Assembly (NCBI GenBank): GCA_951406725.2
Contig: OX597816.1
Coordinates: 31,372,001 to 31,436,000, forward strand
Length of the DNA: 64,000 nucleotides
Reading direction: 5' to 3'
Origin: Octopus vulgaris
Taxonomy: Eukaryota
The translations under genes and the position numbers were made by a program. Shown piece after piece: positions 14,279-28,386 of the stretch. Within the stretch, counting starts at the first letter, position 1; the number at the start of each line of letters is the position of its first letter. Below the pieces are notes generated by a model. The model saw nothing but the letters and a program-made list of their open reading frames with translations. It did no database searches and had not been told where the DNA came from.

Positions 14279-14340
14279 TACATACATATATATAATAACA
14301 CATATATATATATATACATGGATATATGTATATATATATA

Positions 14341-14389
<49 letters not shown>

Positions 14390-16196
14390 TATTTATACTT
14401 ATGTCGGCATCTTGGAGATTTTTTTGTGTGGGAACATTTTAATAATGGAAGGAAATATGCTGCATAAGACATTTCTGTTGTTATATTGCATCAGGTCCAC
14501 TCAGAATTTAAAGCAGTTTGATGAAAAGTAATCAAGCCAAGTCAACCCAATCGCTTATATTTCTTTCATAAATTATCACTCCCAGGCATAAATATTTACT
14601 ATGTCCATTCTGAAGACGGGATTCATATAATGCGGTTTTCCTCATCCAACATGTAAGGTATGTAGGCATGTTAGAAGCAAGTAAATGGCATTCAGCTATA
14701 TAAAACTGTTAGAAGACTCTTGATGAAAATATTTACACTGGACCTCGTAAAGACTGACAACGGATATAACATATAAGTATTATAAATACGCTGTTGATTT
14801 TGAATACCAGAGCAGATTTTACACTTATACAAACAGCTATCACTCCTAGAAGCATAATCTATGTTATCATTTAGTAAACGCTACTTTTAAAAGAGAAAAA
14901 CAACTGGCTTCACTTTTACGAGTTGATAAAGATGAAAATGCAACAATGATATCTTCGTCTTGCTGTTGTGCTTACATGTATACTGAGAAGTAATACGTAA
15001 GAAATACTTTTATATTCTAAAGTGTTAAACACTCTAAACTGAAGCTGCACATAATCACATGTGTCTCTTGGATGTTGTGTGTTATTTTTTTGCCATCGAC
15101 AAACGGAAAGGGAAATTCCGAAGGAATTTGTATCGTTCTTCTACCGTATTTACGTCCTCAAGATACATCAGAAAACAAACTTGATCTGTAAATAGGAGAT
15201 ACAGAAAAGAGCCCAGGCTGGTTTTCGAACCTCGGTAATATTTTTAGATGTGGGATTTATTTTGGAGTACCAATTGTGAAAACGGCCATCAGTTATAAAC
15301 ATGAGACGTTCACAAATTAGTTAGATTTGCGCAACGTAAAAGAATTGATAGGGAAAAATTGCACGATACAGGAAACTTTCAGAAAATATACAAGATAATT
15401 CCATAAGGAGAAAAGCTATGATTTCAACTAGACTAACAATTTATTGCTGTTAGTAACATTCGTGGTGATATTTAGTGCATTTATATTATTTACAGTGTAT
15501 TTTACAGTAAAGTTGCAAATGTTTGTATATGTGGCACTATATCTCAATACGGAAGGAATAATAATTGATTTTTATCAGTGGTATTTTCCTTTGCCTCAAC
15601 AAAACAATTATCACAAATGTCTATAGAATCGCCAGTAAAACGAAGTAAACAAACGCACTCAATCAAATTCTCTAGAATTGTGACAGATACTTAAGACTGA
15701 TTGAGAGATTTAACTTAGAAAAGATTGCAGAGAATGATAAATAAATTATAAATTGCGATTTTGTCGAGACAAATGGGATATCTCTTATATATAATGATAT
15801 ATTCACAGAAGCAAGAAGTGCCAGCAGACTTATTCGGTATCATGCGATCTTATTCGGATGTACAAAGTCATATACACATACACTGTAGCAGTTACATCAA
15901 TCAGCAGATACACTTTGTAATTCATATATATGCGGACACGTGAGATCATGAGCTTACGTGTATGTATTGTATCCATGTATTTATGCATGTAAACTATCTA
16001 TATACGCATGTATGCAACGTACATGCGTAAGTGCTGGATGAAGTAATGTCAATATGTTACATAGCCACTGGTGTAACACATATTGCCTAATGCAAATTGT
16101 AATGACATACGTTCATTTGTGAAAATACACATCACTCTGGTTAAATGTAATTTATGGTAAGATAATTAACTCAGTGTGAGTTGATTTGCGCGTGGG

Positions 16197-16243
<47 letters not shown>

Positions 16244-16534
16244 CAATGAGCTGAGGTTCACTACAGCTGTTTGAGACGTGTTTATTTATTATTATTATTT
16301 TGATGGGCAAATGAACAATATCACGTAAAAACTCCTTTTCCTTCCGGTGAATTACAATTAAAAAAATATCACAACGTTAGCAACCAGCACCAGATAGTGA
16401 GACTACTTGTGTTTCAAGAGCACATATCAACTTCAAATCAATAACCATTAGCAACCAAAATGTAGGCAATTTCAATACAAAATTAGATATCCTACGTTCA
16501 AGAGTTTCGGCACCAGTGAGGTCGCAAATCATTT

Positions 16535-16672
16535 CTAGAGCTGAATCAACTGGAGCAACTTGAAATAAATTGACTTACTCAAGAATACAACACATGACCC
16601 CGTCCGGCCGGGAAGGAACTCACTACCTCACGATTGTGAGCCCGTCGCTCTAGCCACTGAGCCCCGCGCCTT
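16535..16672 (-). mobile_element. tRNA-derived SINE (family D, related to 30129)
   Basis: Minus-strand head ggcgcggggctcagtggctagagcg; body ttcttgagtaag..ttatttcaagttgctccagtt is similar to 30230-30290. Confidence 0.65.
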
Positions 16673-16704
16673 CATAGCGATATACTCATACAAGCACACA
16701 GACA

Positions 16705-16778
<74 letters not shown>

Positions 16779-17018
16779 TATATATATTAACATATATATA
16801 TACATATACATATGCATGTATATGTATACACACACATATACATACATATGTATGTATATTCATATATATATATATATGTGTGTGTGTATGTATATATGTA
16901 TATGAATTTTAAAAGATGTTTATTCACTTAATGAATAAACAACTTTTAAAATTGCATTTTCAAACATTCTTTCATATATAATTCCCCCCCTCGTGCGGTA
17001 CCTTACAACTTCGCTTTG

Positions 17019-17089
<71 letters not shown>

Positions 17090-17090
17090 A

Positions 17091-17392
17091 AGTGATAATT
17101 ATTCGGTAGTCATGATGTCAGGCCGAAAACCCACGCCGACATCTCTTCAGTTATCTGGCCATCGGATAAAATGCTATGAAAATGAAAGGGAAATTACTGT
17201 GTGATTGACTTTTATTTAGACAAAAGAGCTACTAGAACGACCTCTAAGTGAGGGGAGGGAGTAAAGGTAAGAGAGTAAAAATGTTCACAGTATTCGCATA
17301 AGCGCGCATGTCTATACTTACACATGCGCACGCGCAAACTCACGTACATTTTAAAACTCGGAGTATTATGATGGCTATCCAATAATTGTCAT
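17091..17392. repeat. Element with imperfect terminal inverted repeats and split hammerhead-like motifs
   Basis: gataattattcggtagtcatgat vs atgatggctatccaataattgtc. The minus strand at 17123-17153 reads ataa-CTGAAGA-gatgtcgg...ctgacatc; the plus strand at ~17354 reads AAAC-tcgga-GTA-ttat. Confidence 0.5.
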
Positions 17393-17744
17393 ATTTTATA
17401 TTTACAGATAAATTCCTCTATTTACATAAAATCGAGGACTTTTTCATTTTATTCTTGTCTTAACATTTCTCTCAATATATGTATATATATATGCATACAT
17501 ACATAATACATACATACATACATACATACATACATACATACATACATACAAGCATACATACACACATACATACATAGCCTCGGAGAACGCTAAGTCAGTA
17601 TTAGGCACAGAAAGATGGAGTCCTCTTGTCGATTTCTTCGACTAAAAACCCTTACAGTGGTGCAACAGCATGGCCGCAGTCAGATGACTGAAACAAATAA
17701 AAGAAAAGAATACACATATACAAACATACGTAAATACGTTGCAT

Positions 17745-17782
<38 letters not shown>

Positions 17783-17841
17783 GTGTGTATATATAGATAT
17801 ACATATATATGTGTTTGTATGTATATATGTGTGCGTATTTG

Positions 17842-17878
<37 letters not shown>

Positions 17879-18499
17879 AAATGGGTGTGCGTGTGTGCGT
17901 GTGTGTGTTTATACAGTCAATAGGAGGATGTTTGAACCACATTAGGGATCTCGGATGTATCATCTCCCAATGCATTTTGAGCTTTATAACTTATAATGTA
18001 ATTTTAAGGAACTTCAACACCTTTGTATCATGTAAGTTATTCATACATACATCTTCCTCCATTTTCTTTCAATACATCTGTGTGTGTGTGCGCGCGTGTG
18101 TGTGTGTGTATAATAAACTAAATAAAGAGATTGAATTTATAATCTAATAATCTATTTATATTGTATTCAACAACAAAGGGGGCTATCTTTTCGGAGATAA
18201 GTATGATTGGTACATTGAAAATTGGCAATATAAGACATACTTGAAAATGTAGAGTTAAAAGAATGTATTCGCGATGTGCTTACACTGTACATCTACTCTG
18301 AAATTGATTTCAGGTAACAAAAATTGAAGACATGAAGAGCTTGACTTCAGGTATTAATAACATATATGTTGGCCATTATTAAGACGTTTTATGAAATTAG
18401 GGCAGGCATTTTGGAAGATTTTATTTTTCAAAAATGTTTCTGTTGACAGTTTCACCAAATGGTTTTACTTTTATATTATTTTAATTTTTATGTTTACAC

Positions 18500-19025
18500 T
18501 AAGAATAAGATAACTAATAGTAAAACAATTTGGTTAATTATTCCATACGGGAGGCAAATTAAATCTAACCTTCCTTTGCAGTTTCGTGAAGCTATTATTA
18601 GGAATTTTCCAAAGAATTCTAGGTATTACTCTATTATCAACTCACACGCAGTTAGGATTGGTTTCTCCAACACAAAACTTCTCAAACAGATTATCTCTTC
18701 ACATAATATTAACCTGTTAAATATTGATACATTTACTAATACTAACATTAATTTAGCTAATACCATCCATCTCACTAGAACTATTAATAACAAGGTTATC
18801 GTATCTGAAATAAATTACAACAGAATCAAGTTTATGTCAAGTATCTCTAAGATTAAAAATTCTATATACCAATGTAAAATTACTACCGGTAATGAAGTAT
18901 ATTTTTATATAGGAAGCACATCTTCTCAGTTATCTAAAAGAATTTATAATCATTACTCCACATTTAGGTATAAGAATAAACGTAACAGTACAGGACTTAG
19001 TAAATTAATTTGGGATTTAAAAGAC
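18500..19025 (+). mobile_element. Penelope-like element fragment: linker plus GIY-YIG endonuclease (within ORF 18459..19079)
   Basis: IWLIIPY...NFP....Y..IIN...VRIGFS...IISSHN, then SIYQCKI...YFYIGST......RIYNH.STFR....RNSTGLSKLIWDLK, typical of PLE GIY-YIG domains. Truncated at both ends. Confidence 0.88.
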
Positions 19026-20509
19026 CACGTACACTACATTGAATATCTTGCAGTTTGCAGTGAAATGATGCCGCATTGAAAGGTAGACAAATAATTGTAA
19101 AGATTTAATAACGATAAAAGTGAGTAGGATATACGTACATACGTACTGAAAATAATGAACATGAGTCTTATTGTGAGTAGAGAGTATACTTAGAGTTGTC
19201 CCCGGCTTATAACGACATTCACTGAAGAGCTATCATGAAGGATTGAAAAATATCATGTCCACCGGTAACGCACAATGAAAATTACAGAATGATTGCATTG
19301 TATTCGAGTTTTTAGTAATTCACACCAAAGTCAGAATGTTTCCCAGTTCACACTACGCGGATGTAAACTTTTGTGGACCATCCAACACCATCCCGCTCTG
19401 TGTCACGTGGGTGTATCGAAACAGCTAAAGAGTTGACATGAAAAAGCATGTTGATATATTGGTGAAGGAGGTAGCCATGGTGTCGACGGTGTGGTTTCAT
19501 AGTGACGGCAGAGCAGAACTGCAATTTCGTCATTTTGGGCCTAGTTAAAGCATCTTTGGAGCTCTCCGATTATCAGTTTGGCATTTTTCATTTACTGCCG
19601 ACTGAAACTGTGTTTGCGTGGTGAATTATAACATATAATGATAAGACACGAGTTATTTCTCTCTAAATTATATATGTTAATGTTATGGTGCAGTTACTGT
19701 TGAGAATTTCGACTGGCATATTATTTTATTTGATAAAAATTTCACCTAGATAAAAGATTATATATTTTTCATTCCCTTCGGAAATTTATTTTAAATGTGG
19801 TTTTGGTCGCTTCTTCTAGCGTGTGAAATTACCTGTTAGAGGTAGTTTCACTTGTGTTTAAATGTACACTATTATATATATCGTTTTGGGACTTGGTTTT
19901 CAAGATACTTTAAGTTACTTGCGTCTTCTAACATTTTCACTATACTCTGTAAGTAATAACTAAGAAAACAAATCTATTTCTTGCGCAATGTTGAATCTTT
20001 CAACCTACGACTAACATGCTTGCAATAATTTCTGGTGATCACAAGGCAGGTGGTTTTACTGAAAAAGTATAAGAACTTTGAGAAGAAATAACTCATAGTC
20101 CTACGGAGTCTAATAACGGAGATGGAATACTCACTATCAGCTGAGATATACAGTTTTAATGAGGTTATGCAGAATACAAATAACATAATATTACTTACAT
20201 CTACAAGAAATTCAGTTTCTTTTACGAAAAGCGATGTTAAGAACGCAAAATATGACAAGTAAATTCATCAACTTAATAGCTTTTAAATGATATACCGAGG
20301 GGTGATTATATTTGAAAAAATCAACATGTATCATAATACATATCTTTCAAATCCCTAGGATTTTCACTATACTAAATACAGCTCGAAGATGGAAATCCGA
20401 CGGTGTTACCACGAAATTCACTTAGGCATAACATCATTAATGACACACTCTCGTGTCCTGGACGATTTAGGTTCTCTCCTGAAGATTCTCTCTGACCAAG
20501 ATGCACAGG

Positions 20510-21330
20510 CTTATTTTTCAGCATACTGCCGCCATCCCTTGTGTTCTAAACACGTCTTCCGTCGGTGCAGCAGTGCTTGGATCACTTCGGAGAAGAAACT
20601 TTCATGCTGTTGGTGAAAAACGTTATCAGCAATTGATGTGTCGTCATCATATCTGCGATACTGAATTTCATCCAAGTGTCTTTTCATATTGATATTCCGA
20701 TGGGATTAAATCAGAAGAACAGAGTGGATGATAAACCATGTGTATGACACAGACCTGCATGGTATCCATTTAAGCCAAGGGTTAAACAGTAGTGTTATGA
20801 CTGAAAACATCCTCTAAATGGTAGGAATGTCTTGCACATTTGTTAGTCATAGTACATAAAACATGAAGCTGCGTTTTCCGCCCAAGAACTAAAATTTAGA
20901 CATAGTCGATATGCATCTTGTTTCTTCAATAAACGGTAATAAGTTTGAAGCTGAAACTGTATCTAGGGGCACTGATTGCGTTATCTTCGTCTGAATTATG
21001 AACGAATATCAGTTTTCTCCTGTATTTTCCTTACCACATTTGAGTCCAGATTGCAGCTTCATTTCTGTAAAAGATTACATCTATTTTCTTCAAAATACCA
21101 TCTGGTTAGATGTGTTTCAACTTAGCCATTGTTTTCATATTTAAGTTTTGACAATATACTTGATACTCAATCGGTTTCAATATAGTTCAAATCGTCTAAT
21201 GTAGTTTCCTATCGTGCTTTCCTATTAGAGAGGGTCCTTGCCTCAGCATCATGCCTCATGGGTTGGAAACGTCTGGAGCACAGATATTATCTCAGTTGGC
21301 AATATTAGGGCTGATGTCTTCTGTCTAAAT
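20510..21330 (-). mobile_element. Decayed mariner transposase
   Basis: Minus strand gives HPLCSSDLIPSEY (cf. HPPYSPDLAPSDY) and SFFSEVIQALLHRRKTCLEHKG..YAEK*. The 5' boundary is uncertain. Confidence 0.7.
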
Positions 21331-21705
21331 TTGTTCAGTCTACATTTCCTTTCTGCCTTTTATGCTTCAGCTATAACTTAGAGATCAATTGCATGGAAGT
21401 AAGCTTCTGTGTGCAATGTAATATTTATAGGCACTCCATGCCAAGCATTCTGAGAAATTGCTTCTTTGATTTGTGTGTTTTTTGCCGAGTATGTATTAAA
21501 TACCTTCTAAAATATCAGTCCATATTAATTTATTTTCCTGTTTTGATAAATATAATTTACCGAAGCCCATCTCGAGACACTTATATTTACGCTACTTAGA
21601 ATATTTCTATTTTGGATATATTTGGGTTACTTAATCGTGCTCATGACTTAGTGTTCGCCTCTTCCATGGGTATAAGTAAGTATTTCACTTATTTCTTTGC
21701 CGCAT

Positions 21706-21820
21706 TTAACACTGATGAAGGGAAGGTTCTTATGAACTAACTCTGAAATCGGGTCTGATATGCTAATAACGAGATGTTTCAGAAATTTCTGTCGGCCTTC
21801 TTCGAAACGCGTTCTTGTAG
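21706..21820 (+). ncRNA. Hammerhead-like motif with ~85-nt extended stem II
   Basis: CTGATGA (21712)-agggaaggt...gccttcttc-GAAAC-gc-GTT (21804-21813); inner pairing ctgaaat/gtttcag; stem I is weak. Confidence 0.55.
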
Positions 21821-21957
21821 TGACAAATTACATGGTTATTAACGTTATGTCTATTTTCGGCATATTTTGGCATTAGAAATTTTTTTTTAAATAATAAAAA
21901 AAATTTAAAAAATTAATTAATTAATTAATAAATAAAATAATATGTAAATATAAAGAT

Positions 21958-22015
<58 letters not shown>

Positions 22016-23029
22016 ATATATATATAAGATTTATAAGTTTAAATTATTTAAATAATTTTTTTATTTTTAACGTTTATATTTTAAAATTAATTTTATGTAT
22101 TGGCTTATGTTTTTCACTGTTTGATTTGCCTAATAGTGGCTTTATCTCTAATTTAATATAATATATATATATATAAATGTATATACATTAAGATTAAATG
22201 TATATATGCATATGTACATTAAGATTATATGTATATGTACATATATAATGCGTGACCGTTTGTATAACTATGTACATAGAGTGATGCACTGGTGTGCAGG
22301 GCAGATAAGCAAGGAGATTCTTATATTCATTTTCACATGTATTGCGTTAATGAACGGAAAATAAGGTACTGCATAAAATTTTTACTAAAATTTAATTAGA
22401 TTTCACAACGTTTGTATTTATGCGAATTGCTTATATCCTATAACGTGTCAAGAACATGTTGGTGGACAGTTAAATATAGTAGTGACTGTCAATGAAATAA
22501 TTGTTGGGTGTTAGTGAATGGACAACAGAATATATTTACTTACAGGATTATAAAACAAACATGATGAACATTCTACATACATACTTACAAACATCTGTGA
22601 TAAAATTTATTACTTGATTTCAAAACAGTTTCCAACTTCTGTAAGTTAACACATTCTGTTATGTGTGCAAATTCAATATGAAATATTACTTATGCCATGT
22701 GATAGTTCTAGTATCGAGTTTCAAAATATTAAGAACTTGGTAGTTACATTTACTATAGCAGTATATCTTGTTAGATAGCATTGGAGGGCTGTATAACGTT
22801 TCTAGAAGGAACGACAAAAGAGAAATTGGAACAACCACGTATAACGTCAACCGTATTGACTTGCACATATGTACACTCATTCATATGAGTGTACTCAGAA
22901 ACACAAACACACACACAAACACATACATATATGTGGGTATTTTGATATTCGTTAATGGATTTAAGTATACATATCTAATGCATATCCATATATATATATG
23001 CATATAATGCATATACATAAATGCATATA

Positions 23030-23320
23030 TAGGCGCAGGACCAAAACCTTGTGAGTGGATTTGGTAGGCAGAAACTGAAAGAAGACTGTTGTATATATAT
23101 ATATATTCTTTACTCTGTTATTTGTTTCTGTCATTTGACTGTGGCCATGCTGGGGCACCGCTTTAGTCGAGCAAATCGGCACCAGAACTTATTATTTGTA
23201 TGCAAATTACTTATTCTATCGGTCTCTTTTGCCGAACCGCTACGTTACTGGATCTTAAACAAACCAGCATCGGTTGTCATGCTATGTTGGGGGAACAAAC
23301 AGATACACAAACACACACGC

Positions 23321-23381
<61 letters not shown>

Positions 23382-23539
23382 TACGACGGGCTTCTTTCAG
23401 TTTCCGTCAATCAATTCCACTCACAAGACTTTGGCTTAGCTCGAGGCTATAGTAGAAGAAACTTGCGGTGCCACGCAGTGTGACTGAACCAGGAACCATG
23501 TGTTTCATAAGCAAGCTACGTACCACACAGCTACTCCTA

Positions 23540-23583
<44 letters not shown>

Positions 23584-23792
23584 TGCTTGTATACTTGTTT
23601 TTATTCCCCAAACATCGCTTGATAACCGATGCTGGTGTGTTTACGACACCGTAACATAGCGGTTCGGCAAAAGCGACCGATGGAATAAGTACTAGGCTTA
23701 CAAAGAATATATCCTAGTGTCGATTTGCTCGACTAAAGGCAATGTTCTAACATGGCCGCAGCCAAATGACTGAAACAATTAAAAGAATAAAA
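23030..23792. mobile_element. Cluster of composite SINE (family B) copies: one minus-strand full copy (23107-23542) between plus-strand fragments
   Basis: Matches the modules of 34598-35028 and 61045-61469. Confidence 0.8.
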
Positions 23793-23893
23793 GTATATGT
23801 AAATAAATAGTTATATATGTATGTAATTACATTTACATATATTTATATATATATTCTTATTATATATATGTATTTATATGTATATATATAGAA

Positions 23894-23927
<34 letters not shown>

Positions 23928-24869
23928 GTATCTAGACCCCTCCATATATATATACAAGTACATATATACTTACAAGTGTACATCATCTGTGAGATTTTGT
24001 TGCGTGATTATGTGGGAGTCCGATTACATCATCACGCATTTATTCATGTATATATATAGATATATATATTGTGGGAAATTTAAAAAGAAAGGTAATATTT
24101 TTTCTGTTTTTGTTTTGATATGCAGTTCTTGCTTCTTGCTGATAATTTTTCACTTCCATAAATATGTCCTTTATATGAAACAAGTTTTGCCTTTTTCTAC
24201 ATAACATCATTTCCGTTTCCATGTAGAAATACCTCTGGTATTTTCAATGCAAGCTGCACGAAATGAATTATATTTTTTAAACAAATATTATCTAAAATAA
24301 AACTGTATTAACTTTATATGAATAGCATTGCCTCAACAGATATTAATTTTCACATTTTATTTTAACATATAGCTAAATAAGTAGCGTAAATATACTTTTT
24401 TAGTTCCATTGCTCAAAGAAGATATTACATATATATGCGTATAATTAAATTGAAAAACAATTTTTTTCAAGAATTAAAGAAAAATATGATATTCGATATT
24501 TTTCTAGTTCTATACATCCGTTTTTCATTCTGTATACATAATGTCATAGTTCATGAAGCAATGAGGATTATTTATGTATTGGAATATTTTATTATGTGAT
24601 GTTTCACGAATATACATGCTTTTCAATGTATTTGATATAGTATATTACGTTGGCTATTGGCTTCTTATTCATATCTCTCATCATTTCTATTTAGCTATCT
24701 CTCTATTTCTTATTAATTCATCGCAAAAATACGCAAATGCATTTTTAAAGCGTTATTTATCGAGTATATCAACACGATTTGAGCTTAGAGTAAAATGTGA
24801 TATAAGAATTAAAGCAGAATTATTCTAACAAACTAAACAACCAAATCGAATAATAGATAGTAACATCGA

Positions 24870-24872
<3 letters not shown>

Positions 24873-24932
<60 letters not shown>

Positions 24933-24962
24933 TAAATAAATAGATAGATAGATAGATAGATT

Positions 24963-25060
<98 letters not shown>

Positions 25061-25075
25061 GAGATAGATATAGAT
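24873..25075. repeat. Compound microsatellite (AT)n(AG)n(GATA)n
   Basis: Seen directly in the sequence. Confidence 0.95.
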
Positions 25076-26818
25076 TCAGATGATTATGGTACGTACATTG
25101 CGGCACCAGAATTTACTACGGAATGATCTATACAATTTTAAAATATGGTGATTTTATATATATATATATATATATATATACATACGTATACATTGGGGAG
25201 CTAGGGAGAAGGGGAGATAATAAAGTAGTGGTCATCCCAAAAGGAAGGTGCTTGTGCGTGTGTATAAGAGAGGTTTTATGTGCGTGTTGAAGATGATCTT
25301 GACGTGTGCGTGTGTGTATATGTAGGTGTGTATGTGTTGGTGTGTATGTGTAGGTGGGAAGTGGACAGTGCTGATATGTGCGTGATGGTGTGTTGTGATG
25401 TGATGTGTTGTGTGGTATGGTGGTGGTAGGTGTAGTTAGTGGCATGTGTTATGGTTTGATGATGTTGCGAGTGGCGGAGTCGAGAGTGGGGAAAGCATTG
25501 GTGGTGTGTGGGTTAGGCTAAGTGTGAGGGTAGCGGTGGGTTATGGTGGAGTGAAAGTTTTCAATTGGGCTGAGATGGGGAAGTATAGGGAAGTCGGGGG
25601 ATGTGTAGGGGTGGGGCGTGGGCTTAAGATGAAGGGGTGACAATGAAGGGGGATGGAGAATGTGGGTAGGAGTGAAGAGATTAGAGAATGAGAGTAGTAG
25701 TGAAAAGAAGAAGTATGAATCGGAGCAAGAGAGGAGAGATAAGTGAGAGAAAGTGTGTGAGGGGGTCAGATGCGAGAGGTGGAGGTTACATGAAAAGGGG
25801 AGGAGATTTGAGCCCATATGGTGCAAAGGAGTGAAGAGAGAAGATTGATCCTTGTTCACGGTGCAAACTGGTGTCCGGTTGGTTCTGTGTGTATATGTCT
25901 ATGTATGTGTAATAGTATATTTAATGAAGTATGTTCCATAAGATCTACTTTGGGATTACAATAAGAATTCTTGTGTGAACTGCAACTGAAAGCCAGGAGT
26001 TCTTTCAAAGAAGGCTAGAAGTGGTTCATCTTTGAGAGGACAGATATGCATTAGAAATAGAGAATAAAAGAGCAAATCATATGGTGCCATATTAATTAAT
26101 TTCATTTATAATTCAAATATAGCGCTGGGAGTTACAGGAAAAATTGGATTAAGAAGTAATCCTTATTAAACCATAATCACGTATTTATTATAAATATGCT
26201 GCGTACTAAAGTGACACTAAATGTTTTCCTTGTTCACTCTTTTCTAATGTGTGTGTGTGTGTATGTGCGTGTGTACATGCATATTTATATAAATGTATAT
26301 ATGTATATGTATATATACATGCATATATATATATATAAATATATGTATATACGTGTTTATACATGGATATATATGTAAGCATGTATAAACGCATATATGT
26401 CTACGTGTGCAAATACACACACAAACACAGACACATAAATATATATATATATCGTTCTACATATATGCATGCATATACACATATATAAATACACATACAC
26501 GTATAGATGCATATAGATAGATGAATATATGTGTGTATATATACTTGTGTGTGCAAAGAGAGAGAAATTGGAAAGGGGGGGGGGAGAGAGAATGTCAACA
26601 GTTGAGATCAGTATCGCTTAGCAGCGTTCAGATGATTTGGACTTACAATTTTGAAATTATAGGGAGAACTAAGTCCTCTAGGTAATGAGTGACTATAAGC
26701 ACAATCTGCGCTAGTAGTGATGGAAATAAAGAAATAAACTTGATGTGGTTAGATATACAAGATATACATGCACTTGTACAGACGCTGAATATTTGTACAG
26801 ATATTTATATACGTATAT

Positions 26819-27202
26819 AGGCGTTGGTGTGTGGTAAAAAGTTTGCAACCACATATTTCTGGGTTCAGTCACAGCGCGTGGCACTTTGTGCAATTATGTT
26901 GTATTATAGGCTTAGGGCGACCAAAGCCTTGTAAACTTATTCAGTAGACGATAACTGAAAGAAGCCCGTCATTTGAGTGTATATGTGTGTGTGTGTGTGT
27001 GTTTGTGTCTGTGTTCGCCTTCCCCCACTCACCGCTTGACAAAGGGTTTTAATGTGTTTACTTCACCATAACATTAGCGGCTCGGAAAAACAGACCGATA
27101 GAATAAGTACAAAGCTTAAGAAGTAAAACACTTCGTACCTGTGCTCCAACATGGCCACAATCAAGTTAGTGAAACAAGTGAAAGGAAACAGAAAGAATAA
27201 AA
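26819..27202 (+). mobile_element. Composite SINE (family B)
   Basis: Head ..gggttcagtc, aactgaaagaagcccgtc, internal (GT)n and tail gaccgatagaataagtac...catggcc. Confidence 0.75.
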
Positions 27203-27627
27203 GTCTATTATCAGAGCAAACTTACACTGAGTACGATGACAGAAAATTAGAAGGGAGACGGTAGAGCATTACATGTCCCACAGCCATTTCTTGTGGATCG
27301 GTAATATTTCATGTTAGCTGATGTAGTTCACAAAACTATGCTACTATTAGTTAAAGCATATAAACGTGGGGTAGATTAGATCCGACCTCTGTATTCAGAG
27401 TGAAGAGATGTATATCCCCCCAATGTGTATATGCCTCTAATACTGGTAAGCATATTTCTGTGAACTCCGTCTGCCAAAATCTAATTTTCTATGTACCCTG
27501 TATGAGTTTTGTCTCTTAGTATATAAACATTTCTATATGTATGCATGATTATTCACCGTGTCATAATGTTCAGTCCTTTATTTCCCATTTATATCAATGC
27601 CTGTATGTATAATTTCTAAAACCAAAC

Positions 27628-27806
27628 CAAGGCCCAGTGGTTAGTGCAGCGGACTCGCGGTTGGAGGATGCGGTTTCGATTCCCAGACCGAGCGTTGCGA
27701 GTGTTTATTGAGCTAAAACACCTAAAGCTCCACGAGGCTCCGGCAGGGAGTGGTGGAGATCCCTGCTGTACTCTTTCGCCACAACTTTCTCTCACTCTTT
27801 CTTCTG
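27628..27806 (+). mobile_element. tRNA-derived SINE (family C)
   Basis: ggcccagtggttag A-box and gtttcgattcc B-box; near reverse complement of 41800-41988. Confidence 0.75.
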
Positions 27807-27904
<98 letters not shown>

Positions 27905-28355
27905 GCAAGATTTTTTATGTGAAGTCGTGTGTTGAAACAGATATTGTTATATTTCAGAATGGTCATTTTGTCAGTTTAGCCAGTAAAAACACACGTACTA
28001 TATATTTGGTGTTACTTTGCTTCAGTGTTATTTATTTTTTACATTAATCTTAATATTATTTCGGCCAGAGTTCTTATGTCACACTCCTGTGACCGCATCA
28101 GTGGTCCTTTGTTTTCTTCTTTCTTATTTGTGTATCTCCTTACTAACCGTCAGCCATTTTGTATTTCTATTGTATGTCTTCATTTGCGCATGCTTATATC
28201 TCTATGTGCGTCTATGTTTATTTAGTGTGTGGGGGGATGCCTGTAATATTTGTAACTTATGTTTATAAACGTTCATGTAATTTGTATTTGTTGTTGTTGT
28301 TTTTGTTTATTCTTATTTCGTTCATGTGTTTACATCCACTTATTATTATCATTAC

Positions 28356-28386
<31 letters not shown>

